A stretch of 63,574 nt of DNA, counting the filler, from Octopus bimaculoides (Eukaryota): assembly GCF_001194135.2 (NCBI RefSeq). It is 7 parts of 7 records of this genome, joined end to end, with 100 filler letters (N's around TTAATTAATTAA, not from the genome) between each part and the next. Parts side by side here need not be neighbours in the genome. Positions count along the whole stretch, not along the records: positions 27,740 to 42,231 come from NC_068982.1; positions 42,332 to 57,772 come from NC_068992.1; 5 more parts are not named here. One strand, given 5' to 3'. Of this stretch, positions 37,547 to 48,845 are shown piece by piece. The position numbers were made by a program, and so were the translations under genes. Position 1 is the stretch's first letter. Every line of letters begins with the position of its first letter. The notes beneath the pieces were generated by a model that saw only the letters and a list, made by a program, of their open reading frames with translations, was not told the origin of the DNA and did no database searches.

Positions 37547-37770
37547 GGCACATAAAAGACACCATTTCGAGCGTGGCCGTTTTCGTGCAGGTGACACGTA
37601 AAAGCACCCACTACACTCTCTGAGTGGTTGGCGTTAGGAAGGGCATCCAGCTGTAGAAACTCTGCCAAATTAGATTGGAGCCTGGTGTTGCCATCCGGTT
37701 TCACCAGTCCTCAGTCAAATCGTCCAACCCATGCTAACATGGAAAGCGGACGTTAAACGATGATGATGAT
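37547..37770 (+). mobile_element. Young RTE 3' UTR copy in + orientation
   Basis: Ends ggaaagcggacgttaaacgatgatgatg; reverse complement of the 11925, 41955 and 57520 copies. Confidence 0.92.
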
Positions 37771-37975
37771 GATGATGATTATTATTATTAAAAACTTGGT
37801 GGATGAAAGGAAAATGATAGCTATAATCTTTGTAGTCAATCAGTGTTGAGAACGTTAGTAAAGACTTTATTTTTTGAGGACTTCCAATTTTATAAGGCAG
37901 ATATGTTTCAAGAATGTAAATTAATACATTTAATTATATCCATTAAAATTTATATCTAGATTTTTTTTTTTTCAG

Positions 37976-38068
37976 ATGGAACTGCAAACAATAACAATGA
38001 AGTCTTTGACTCCGTTTGTGCTGGCTATGTCTTTGACCATTGGTCAAGTATTTCGCTTTAAAGATCAG
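37976..38068 (+). CDS. FANCI: FANCI internal exon
   Basis: ttcag|ATG..CAG|gtaagt, 93 nt: MELQTITMKSLTPFVLAMSLTIGQVFRFKDQ, compare human [23 protein letters not shown]. Confidence 0.93.
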
Positions 38069-38661
38069 GTAAGTTTATATTTTGCATCTTGCATTCATCA
38101 AGGAGCAGAGCCAATGGTAAGGGCATTTTGTCTGTCTGTCTGTCTTAGCAATGGTGCTTTACACTCTATGCCTTGTAATGTTGTTTGGAAATAGGGAACT
38201 CAAATGCACCCATAAAGCTTTACTTGATGACAAACAGGCAGATTTGAAGCAAAGCTGACATGAAAAAGAGAGACTAGGTCCCTAAAGAGGTCACTGATGG
38301 TCAAAGCAGAGACACTCACACACACCTGCAAGCAGACATGAGCACGTATACCCACTTGCATGCACACACACACACACATCCCCCACTTCCTTGATTCTTC
38401 CCCTTCCCTCATAAGTGACCCACATCTCTATACCCTGTACATGTACATAGAGACACTGGACTAATTCTCAGATTCAAAGCAGACCTGCAGAAGAAAGGTT
38501 TGTCATTGATGAGGTCAACAACAGCAAGAAGAGGAAATTGAAAAACTGAATGATTGTTTAACCAACAGATCAAACAAGCGATTGATTAATTAGTTGCTAG
38601 CATAACGAACCAATTGACAAACAATAAATGAGTAAAATCAAACAAGTCAGCGTTTAATATT

Positions 38662-39027
38662 ATTACCTCCGCCTTAGCGAAAGTAGACGTATTGTTTTCA
38701 GTCATGTTTGTTTGTTTGTCTGTGGACAAGATATCTCAAGAACTGCTGGATGGATTCAGATGAAACTTTCAGGGATGTTTGGTCTCGTGACTGGTGTGAA
38801 CTGATTAGATTTTGGGGTCGATCTGGTACCAGACAATGATTCTGGATTATTTTTCCTGTATTTTACTTAATATTTGAGAGTGGTCAGGTTCATTTTTAGT
38901 ATTCTCGTTTGTGAGAGCAGTCGACTTTATTTCAGATATTCTCATTATAAAAAATCATCTCTGGCTAATCGTTGAGAGGATGTTGGTGTTGCCTTGGCAG
39001 AGGTTTGCACTCTCTGAGTGCTCTTGT
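38662..39027 (+). mobile_element. Full-length Helentron-associated (HINE/DINE-1-like) non-autonomous element
   Basis: 5' subterminal cctccgcc, (gttt)n/gtct tract, 3' subterminal gccttggcagagg and terminal hairpin gcactc-tct-gagtgc. Confidence 0.75.
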
Positions 39028-39439
39028 TATGATTATTATTATTATTATTATTGACATAATGACCCTCCCTAGATACAACATAATTTTAGAGGCTCTTGTA
39101 CAATTATGTTTCCATAAACAATAAATGGTTAAGTAAAATTATTAAAATCTAACCTTACATTTTTCATCAGTGGTCTGGAAAGTTGGTTAAAAAATGAAAT
39201 ATTGACTCTCTAAAAGATGCAGTACTCTAAAAATGTTTGGAAACATTGCTGTGGATATTGAGTTCAACATGAAGTCAGTTGTTGATAAAGTGCAACTCTT
39301 CAACCCTATCACACCATGTTTCCAGTTTAGCAGGAAAATAGCCTAGATGTAATCTCTACCAGATTCCCATTAAAGTGGTTATAAAGAGAGACACTCATGT
39401 AGAAAAAGGAGATAAAACACTAAAATAGACAGCCTATCA

Positions 39440-39960
39440 CATTACAACTTTGTAGCCAAATGTGTTAGTGACTCACTGTTGATGGTGTTCCCCCATAACT
39501 GTTTTTATTGAAAAAAATATGGAATGAACCCAGCACTTCATCTGGTAAATGAGCAAGGCCTAGATGATGTTTATTGATGATGTTTATTCTTCAGTTGAAG
39601 AGTTTACCCTTAGGCAGGCAATGAGAGTGATTTGGACAATGAGACTGGAGAATGTGATGAGGAAGGTAGTGATTCGGGTGAACAAATACAATAGTTTTGA
39701 GATGGGCTCATTATTGCTATTCTCCTACTAAATTCTTGTTGCAATTCCGACAATTAGTTTGCCTTCAGTGAACAAATACAATAGTTGAGAAGTAAGCAAT
39801 TCTTACTCTTGAGCTGTGAATGCAACTATTTACTCTTTTTTTTTTTTACTCAGGAGCCCAGTGGGAGGGGAAAGTTAGACAGAGGCATTCAGGGTCTGAG
39901 AGGGTTGATCAATGCCTGTACCCAAAATCAATAGCAAAATAGACTGATGCTTTGGTCGGA
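39440..39960 (-). mobile_element. Decayed CR1/L2-type LINE fragment (endonuclease/linker region)
   Basis: Weak motif remnants (SLLF.EHINK, LGELLSL.P.HQ); low certainty. Confidence 0.45.
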
Positions 39961-40399
39961 GACTAAGTAATTCACCAAGTTTAAGGTGTGTTGGTCTCAG
40001 TGTCTTCTCATTGTTTTTCCCTCGGTACTTTTTCAAATCAAATACTTTTATTATTGGGGTTGGTAGAGTGTTGCAGTTCTAACTCTGCCTTCTTCATCCT
40101 TCACTTTCAGTTGATGATAAAATGAAGCACCAATTAAATACTGGGGTCGATTGTACTCTTCCTAAGCATCAGATACTTAGTGCCTACTTTAGAAATCACT
40201 ATGGTTACCAATGGTCAGGTATCCATGCATCTCTTCTACAGCAGCACACCTGTTTTTGCCCTCTCTCTCTGGGTAACCATCTATCTCCTTTACAACAAGA
40301 CACCTGTTTGTCTCTCTCTCTCTCTCATTCTAACCTTTCATCATCTGACACAATGTCACTTCCTCAAAGGTTCCCTCCTGTCTTGTAAGCTATTTGATG

Positions 40400-40645
40400 A
40401 CCCTGCCAGGGCTGGCCCCACTTAAAAAGCATCCAGTCCACACTGTAAAGGGGTTAACATTTGGAAGGGCATCCAGTTGTAAAACCCATGCCAAAACGGA
40501 CCTTGCCTATGCTGGTGCCATGTAAAAAGCACTCAGCCCAATCTGCAGGGTGGTTGGTGTTGTTAGGAAGAGCATCCAGTTGTAAAAACCGTGCTAAAGC
40601 AGACACAGAAGTCTGGTGTAGTTAAACGACAATGATGATGATGAC
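40400..40645 (+). mobile_element. Diverged RTE-tail-type repeat(s), + orientation
   Basis: Two ggaagggcatccagttgtaaaac motifs and a gttaaacgacaatgatgatg tail. Confidence 0.7.
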
Positions 40646-40912
40646 TGTTATCAAAAACATAACACTGTTTGCTTAACTGACAACAGCTTTCTGTTTTTGA
40701 ATGGTTTCTATGATGAATTGTAATCATTAAAAAATCAAAGCAAATCAAAATAAAAACAAAATAAAAATTCCATCCATGAAATAAAGGGTTTTTTTTAAAT
40801 ATTTTATTTCCTCATTGAGATTTTGTTATTTTACTCAATAATTTAACAATGTGAAATTTTGGGAAAAAAAAAAGTTTTGTTAATTTTTTTTTTTTTCCTT
40901 GGAAATTAACAG

Positions 40913-41049
40913 ATCTTTACTTTGCTAAAGAGTATTATCTTGAAGAGCTTCAGTGATGCTGAACAACAGCAGCGATGTACATGGCTACACAAGAATATTG
41001 TTATTGTTCCTAAGCTTGATACATTTGTCCTGGAAATCATAGAAAACAG
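40913..41049 (+). CDS. FANCI: FANCI internal exon (last one visible)
   Basis: aacag|ATC..AAC AG|gtaaac, 137 nt: IFTLLKSIILKSFSDAEQQQRCTWLHKNIVIVPKLDTFVLEIIEN, compare human [35 protein letters not shown]. Confidence 0.93.
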
Positions 41050-41109
41050 GTAAACTCTTGTTTATTGACACATTTATTGATTAGTTAGAACTGGTTTCTT
41101 GTAAATTAT

Positions 41110-41800
41110 GAGCAGTCTTCAAAATATAAGGCATGAGAGTGTGGGGTTGAGAAGTTCTCTTCACAAGGACATTGTTGATTGGTTTGATCCCACTGGACAG
41201 TCACTTGCCTTGGCACTTCTTTATGTAACTGTCCTCATCCCAACACATCAAATGACCAAACCAGTGAAGTCTTCTCTCTTGTGCACTACACCTGATTCCT
41301 CTTGTACTTCATGTTTCTCTGTACATTTGCACTTTGTTATGCATGAACACTAGCATTGCACATCCAGCAGAACATACTAGCTTCATTCCTCTCTGGTCTT
41401 TGCTTGTCCTCTGCATTCAGGGCCAGTGTCTCACTACCATGGAGCATTACTGTGTGTGCACAAGCATCATACAATCTGCCTTTCATTCGGACAGAGAGAG
41501 AGAGGTTTTATGTTTCCAACAGAGATAATAACTCTTGGAGTTTTCCATCTTATTCTTATCACAGTAACTACATTTTCAGAACATTCTCTTCCACTGTTAA
41601 TTAGATCACCTAGGTAACAGAAATTATTTACTCCATGGCATTTGCGAAAATCAATTTCCTTTGTAACTTTAGACTTTATGGCAACTGTGCATCTTCTCCA
41701 TACAAAGACTTTCTTCATTAACCTTCCTATTATTCCACTGCACCCTCTTCCCATTACTGCTCACATTTTGTTTTCCTGACAAATTTCCTACGTCCATCTT
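41110..41800 (-). mobile_element. RTE LINE C-terminal fragment, decayed
   Basis: VNNFCYLGDLINSGRECSENVVT.IRIRWK and GVVHKREDFTG remnants. Confidence 0.75.
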
Positions 41801-41949
41801 TCATTATGTGTGTGTGTCTCTCTCTCTCCATGCATATCTGTAAATATTTACAAAACTGCTCTCAACTCTGGTATAGTGACATCATCATCTCACCTACAAA
41901 TGGTGATGGTGTCACATGTTGTTGGGCTGCAACAAGTGTCGATGTGGTG

Positions 41950-42231
41950 TCGTCGCCGTCGTCGTTTAACGTCCGCTTTCCATGCTAGCATGGGTTGGAC
42001 GATTTGACTGAGGACTGGTGAAACCAGATGGCTACACCAGGCTCCAATCTGATTTGGCAGAGTTTCTACAGCTGCATGTCCTTCCTAACGCCAACCACTC
42101 AGAGAGTGTAGTGGGTGCTTTTACGTGTCACCCGCACGAAGGCCAGTCAGGCGGTACTGGCAACGGTCACGCTCAAAATGGTGTATTTTATGTGCCACCC
42201 ACACAAGAGCCAGTCTAGGGGCACTGGCAAC
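41950..42231 (-). mobile_element. Young RTE 3' UTR copy, cut by a contig end
   Basis: Family sequence; tail is (GAC)n rather than (GAT)n. Confidence 0.92.
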
Positions 42232-42331
42232 NNNNNNNNNNNNNNNNNNNNNNNNNNNNNNNNNNNNNNNNNNNNTTAATTAATTAANNNNNNNNNNNNN
42301 NNNNNNNNNNNNNNNNNNNNNNNNNNNNNNN
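42232..42331. other. Artificial scaffold join
   Basis: 44N-TTAATTAATTAA-44N. Confidence 0.97.
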
Positions 42332-42428
42332 ATATGTATATGTGTGTTTGTGAGTGTGGGACATGTGTAAATATGCACCCGTTTTAAAACAATATAAATT
42401 AGTGATAACATATAGTTAATAAGCACAC

Positions 42429-42459
<31 letters not shown>

Positions 42460-45400
42460 TTTAAAATAATATAAATAAGATAGATGTACGCACACAATGA
42501 CAAATGAAAACGATATCTATAAATGCACACAGTGTAGGCAGGTTGGACACCAAGAAGTATTGTATGTGTTTGCATATATCAACTGTAAGATGTAATTAAA
42601 TATCAGGCAGATTGGCAAGTAACATTAAACAATAATAATTGGAAGAGAGGGGGTGCAGTTTAAGTACATATGTAAATGAAATGAATTACAAGAAAGAAAG
42701 GTATATCATATACAAAGGGAAGATGTAAAAAATATATTGAGAGAAAGGGAGGTGAATTGAGATTTTGAGATGTTAGACCAATATAAGGTGGGTCATGTAA
42801 TTATGAGAGGAGATGGTTAAATAATAAATAGATCCATATAATATAAAATAAATTGATGTACAGAGTTTTTGATGATTATTAATCTTATATCATAGAAAGG
42901 GTTGAAATATAGAGATATTTTTAAAAAAATAAAGATATTAGAAAGAAAAGGGAAATGATATTAAAATAAAGTAGGGGGATGGGAAATATTATTTAAGATT
43001 AATAAAAAGAAATTTTGACATGTGTTTACATGAGGTAACTTTTTCATCCCTAGTATTAACAAGGAGACCATTCATTCTCATTATCTTATAACTTTCTTCC
43101 AGGCATAATCTGCAAATTTTATTATTATATCTATAAGATGGGGCTGAAGATAGGATTTTCCAAGATATTGAGTAATCTATATTGTTTCTTTTGAGTTGCC
43201 AAATTATTTTAGATAGACCTGTACTATTCTATTTTCTAGGGTCATTAAAGGAAAATTTATGATTATATATTCTTAATCTTATAGAATTCTTTGTACAACT
43301 GATGTATGTATATTTAGAGGAATTATGAGTAATAATGGTTGCTTGGTGTATACTTTCATTTTGCAATTTCCATCTACTTCACAAATATTTGGGTCCCTAC
43401 AATTACAATTAGGCAGTACTATTTTGTTATGTCTATATGTATTAAGGGTAATGAAGTTTTGGCTATTATCATAATAGTAGTTGTTAGTTATTGGAGTTAC
43501 AAGGTATATTAGATGACGTTTTTTTTTTTTATTATAGAACTGGTTCAGTTTCTTATTGTTAAAGGAAGAGATTATCCTAAAATGGTTTGGAGAGACTGAA
43601 AATACAAATCTAATTTTTTTGTTATTAAATATTTTTGCACATTTAGAGTTTTGAAGTTTTTATTAATTATAATTCTAATGGATCTAATAAAATTAGATTT
43701 TAGATGTATGGCAAAAAGTATTATGATCCAAGTAGTGTTATGGTTGTTTTCTTTATTATCGTAGTAGGTTATGTTTTGGGGGTCATCTGTTCTTACACAT
43801 GGTATTGGTTTCTTTTTCCTATATTATTTCTATCTATATTAATATGATTTCTATGGTTGAGTGTATTATTGGAATAGTATTGAGTGTATTACTGGATAAG
43901 ATGCGATAATTTTCATTTTTATTTTTTATGTTTATTGGTTTTATTTTCTTATTTTTGTCTATAATTAATTGTTTTAGGTGTTTATTGTCAGTATTCTTGG
44001 GTTTTATTTAATTATTATTAGTGCAGTTGCTGATTTATGAATTGCTGAAATTAGTATTATTTTTTCTTTTAGTAAGATATTGGTTATGGTGTTTGTATTG
44101 ATTAAGTTTATTAGTATGTTTATTGCTGTTGTAGGATTTATGTCTATTGCTAATGTTGTGTTGATGACTATTATTGAGAGTTTTTGTTTGTTTGTCAGGG
44201 TGTACTAATTCGTCAGTTGACTTAGGTTCAATAATATTGTCTGTGTTGTTCATATCTAGATAACATTTGGTATTATTAGTATTGGTGCTCTTGTTTTTAT
44301 TGTACTTGATTTCATATTTGTATTCTGCCTTCCCAAGTGCTAGATTATAGTAGTTTTTATGTTTGTTAAAACTTTCTTCATTAGATGATAGTAGATTAAT
44401 TCTTTCTATGTTAGTGGTCAGATTTTTTATAATGTTATAAGGATGGTTACTTTGGGCGTTTATGTATATGATATTGCAGTTAGATTTGTGGTAAGGTTGA
44501 TATGAGGAAGTATTAAGGTTAAAGTTAACATCTAGGAAGTTCACAGAGTTATTATCTTTTTCTATAGTGATGGATAGTCCTTGGTTTTTGAAGAAATTGT
44601 GTAGTCTTTTTTTGTAGAGTTCAAGTTTCTTGTTGGAGGTATTTCTAAGAATAGTGCGTCATCACAGTAAAGACCACCTTCTAATTCAGGGAATTCTTCT
44701 TTAAGTAGGTGTAGAAGGTAAATTCCAATTAAATCGGTTACTTCAGTGGAGTCTTGCATGCCCATGGGTACATCGAAACAGTCTGGTGTATCCTTCCTTA
44801 TCCAATATTTACCTTGATGAGAAATTATAGTTTTTCTAGCTTCAAGTATGATTTTAATTTCTTCCATTGATAATTTAATCCTATTCTTGGCAAAAATAAG
44901 TGCTTTATTAAGTAATATAGGGTTGATAGATTGGTAATAGTTGTCTGTGTTAAGTTGGATGAATTTACATTGTTTTCTTATCTTGTATGTTGATGAACCA
45001 GTTAATTGTATTTAGTGTTTTTGACCACAGGTTGAGTTTTATTTTGGATTTCAATAAATGTAGGTATTAATCTAAGACAAATGTGCTTAGTTTTCTGATG
45101 TCAGATTTTCAGGAGCAGATGAGCCTTACCTATGGATCAGTATGAAAGTTAGGTTTGTGATCTTTCAGGCTAATTCTAGGTCTAGATGGTTCATAAACTT
45201 CAGTTACATCGTCGATTCAATATTCACTCATTATTTGTTTGGCTTTGATATTAATAGATTTTAGAACATCTTTATTTATAATCTTATATTTCTTTGTAAT
45301 TTCTTTGAGTAGGAGATTATAGTATAGATCTACATCTACATTATATAGATTTCCTGTTTTATTGGACTGTACAATAATACCTTTTAATTCTCTGAGTTCA

Positions 45401-45740
45401 TTAACTTTTTGCTTCAAATAACGTAGATGATTATTCCTTTGAATGCTTTTTTTAAACTTAATATTTCTTAGTAGGTTCCATAGATCATCTTCAAAATTTT
45501 CTAATATCCTATTTGCTGGTGGGATTTTCTGGGATTTAAAATTTCTTCTTATATTCATGAGCTCTTCGTTTGTTTTGTTGTTTAATTCTTCTTCTGTATT
45601 ATTTTGTTTGTCAAAGAAAAGAGCTTTCCATCTCATTCTTCAAGTGAGATCATGGAATTTAGTTATTATATCCTTAATGTACTCCTTACTGCTAGATAAA
45701 GGGACATCCTTAAGAGATGTTTCAATATTAATCTTCTCAC
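42332..45740 (-). mobile_element. Near full-length but disabled Penelope-like element (RT plus GIY-YIG)
   Basis: N-term SLKDVPLSSSKEY..RMRWKALFF; LKDHKPNF..RLI; CFDVPMG.QDSTEVTDLIG..GLYCDDAL; NFLDVNFNL..YINAQSNHP; C-terminal YIS CTKNS.RLRIYNHK..ICRLCLEE near 43050-43350; AT-rich 3' region. Confidence 0.88.
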
Positions 45741-46250
45741 TGAACACATAGAAAACCCAGCAACACATGCTTCCTTAAAATACCCCATTTTAGCAAAAGG
45801 ATAACTACAGCCATCCGAAGAGCCATAAGAAGAGAAGGGTTAGACATACAACTAGCCCACTCCGGCCTCTCTCTCTGAGAGGACACCTCGCAAAGAAACG
45901 AACAAGAAACAACAATCAATGCACACTAACAAATTGTCCCATCTGTGACACAGATTTATGCCAACAGGTAAATGCTGTGTATAGAATACAATGTAACAAA
46001 TACAACAAGTTCTATGTGGGTAGCACAAGACCGTTACATGTTCGCATCAAAGAACATCTGAACACGAGAGCCTCCTCCTTCAGAAAACATCTAGACAGAT
46101 GCCAGAATACCAACAAAAGCATAACAGTCACAATTGAGGCCAATGAAAGAAATTTGGGTAATTTAAGAATTAAGGAAGCTATACTCATACACAGACTACG
46201 ACCCCAAGTTAACAACAGGCTGGAGGCTGGTAATCAATATATTATTTAGC
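45741..46250 (+). mobile_element. GIY-YIG end of a second Penelope-like family, opposite strand
   Basis: CPICDTDLCQQVNAVYRIQCNKYNKFYVGSTRPLHVRIKEH..LRIKEAILI..RPQVN. Confidence 0.88.
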
Positions 46251-46719
46251 TACATCTGGATGCATGTAGGTTCATTTTTGATATGCTCATCTATTGTTTA
46301 TAACAAAAAAAAGAGAAGAGGAAAGAAAGGGAAAAAAAGGAAGCTGCACGTGTAATATATAACTTAGAAGCAGCGCTACAGATGTACCACACATGAGATT
46401 GAGACATAGCCGACCTCAGGCACTTCTCATGAGGAATTCTGAAAGGAGCTTCATGAGACCACTACTGAGATGCTTCCAAAAAAAAAAAGCCATTGAAAAA
46501 CCGATTAAAGCAGCGACTCTATCTAAGAATATCTGAAGAAGGAATTGTATTCCAAAATATCATTGGACTATGGATAACTAAATTACAACATGTATGTAGT
46601 CCATTTTTTGTATTATAGTGCATTGTTGTGCCTTTCAAAACTTTTTATTCTTTACATACTAATAAACTTAATCGATACGAGCACCATAACCAATACCTTA
46701 TTAAAAGAACAAATAATAC

Positions 46720-47420
46720 TAATTTCAGCAATTCACAAATCAGTAACTACACTGGACATGTTTTTTGGGGGCATGGTGACATTGAATGCTTCCACTGATT
46801 TGATAGCTGCTTCCAGGTCGTAACTGGAGCACAAGCTTTTGTCACCAGTGATGACCTTCAAAAAAAGGTCTGAGGCAATTTCCAACTGTTCCTTCAGTTC
46901 ACGACACCCATTCAGTCATGACTGCTCTTGATCTTCCATGAGCAAGCAAAGCACAAATTTTCCTGCAACTCTTTTCATTCGCAATTCCAAAATTCATTGT
47001 CAGGAGATTCAGGACACACCTATCATATCAAAAAGTTTGTCAATTGTTCGGTAACAGTCTTCCAAAGTCAGTTCATGAATTTTCATGATGTTTTCATTCG
47101 TTCGAGAGGTTGACAGTCACCCTGGATGACGTTGGTCTTCAAACAACAAGTGACCTTTCCTAAAGTATGAAAACCACTCACAAACTTGTACTTTGCTCAT
47201 GGTAGCGTCCTTGTAAACTGTTTGATGCATGACAACTGTTTCAGCTGCTGTTTTCCAGGCAGAAAACAGAATTTCATGGTAGCAGATTGTTCGTTTGTTT
47301 CAGTCATCGCAAAAATCGATGAACAAGGGAGAAGCACTGCAAAACGAAGACACGCCATGTGGCAGTATGAACCCACATGACACTGCTAGTCAGCAGACTG
47401 ATACTTAAGGGTCACATCAA
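46720..47420 (-). mobile_element. Mariner element, internally deleted/decayed
   Basis: Minus strand has mariner N-terminal HTH remnants and KVITGDKS; end resembles a ..gagggtcac.. TIR. Confidence 0.65.
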
Positions 47421-47537
47421 GTGGTTTCCAGTGGCAGAAGCCTGAACAACAATGAGCTTGACCCAGAGAGAACGTTTCCAGTTACTTTTTGGTATCTCCC
47501 CGTATATGTATGTATATATATACATATATATATTTAT

Positions 47538-48030
47538 CATCATCATCATCATCATCCTCATTTAACGTCCGCTTTCCATGCTAGCATGGGTTGGACGATT
47601 CGTCAGGGGACTGGCAAACAAGATGGCTACACAAGACTCCAATCTGATCTGGCAGAGTTTCTACAGCTGGATGCCCTTCCTAACGCCAACCACTCTGAGA
47701 GTGTAGTGGGTACTTCTTACGTGTCACTGGCACGAGGAACAATCCGGCAGTACTGGCAACGGCCACACTCAAATGATGTTTTTTTACGTGCCACCTGCAC
47801 AGGAGTCAGTCCAATGTTTTGTTCACATGCCACCGGCACGAGTGCCAGTAAGGTGAAGCTGGAAACGATCGCGCTCAAATGGTGCTTTTTACGTGCCACG
47901 GGCACGGAAGCAAGACAGCTGCTCTGGAAGTGATCCCACTCGGATGATGCTGTTATTGCTCCACTGGCACGGGTGCCAGTCATCGAATTTGGTTCAGTTG
48001 CGATCTCACTTGCCCCAACAGCCCATCGTT
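47538..48030 (-). mobile_element. RTE 3' UTR copy, variant subfamily
   Basis: Shared terminal about 170 bp with different internal modules; a shorter copy lies at 48428-48572. Confidence 0.85.
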
Positions 48031-48845
48031 TATACATGTATTTTTCTGTGTTTGTGTGTGTAAATTAGTGGTTCGGCAAAAGAGACTGACAGAATAAGTA
48101 CTAGTAGGCTTACAAAGAATAAGTTCTGAGGTTGATTTGTCCAACAAAAGGCATTGCTCCAGCATGGCCACAGTCAGATGACTGAAAGAACTATGCCATT
48201 TTAATCCCAAGCAACGCTGGGTATCTCCTCTAGTAAAATATAAAGAAAGAGAGGAGGTATAAGACGAAAATATTTATTTCACCAAAATGACATCCATACA
48301 ACTACAATGGTGTCACAACCTTTATCATATAAAAACAATTTATATAATTGTTTATAATAAATAATGAAATAATAAATTATGTTACATGCCAAAATTAATG
48401 TATATAATATAAATTATATAATTCAGTTATCATCATCATCATCATCATCGTTTAACGTCCGCTTTCCATGCTAGCATGGGTTGGATGATTTGACTGAGGG
48501 CTGGTGCAACCGGATGGCTACACCAGACTCCAATCTAATTTGGCAGAGTTTCTACAGCTGGATGCCCTTCCTATTGATTTATAAATCAATACAGGCAAAA
48601 AGGTTTGCTATCAGGTCAAATAATATCATAATTACTTTACTTTTCTTTCATCAACACAGTACAAACACAGAGAGTCAACATTTGAAATGTTGATATATGG
48701 AAGACAGCAAGTAATAAAATTAATAAAACAGTTTACTATAAGAGAGAGGAGGTAGTTTTAGCAAGGTATTAAAAAATATGCAATGGATTATATGGATAGT
48801 ATGATATAGATGGAAAATTATATATTTATTTATTTTTTACATATT

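Noticed and set aside
44035-45636. Active Penelope RT gene
   Set aside because: The ORF is broken by multiple stops and frameshifts, and the catalytic region is altered (YCDD).
46424-46460. Minimal hammerhead after the Penelope fragment (ctcatga-ggaattct-gaaa)
   Set aside because: The core has CTC instead of CTG and no stem I partner; it is better explained as a simple TCTCATGA/TCATGAGA inverted repeat.
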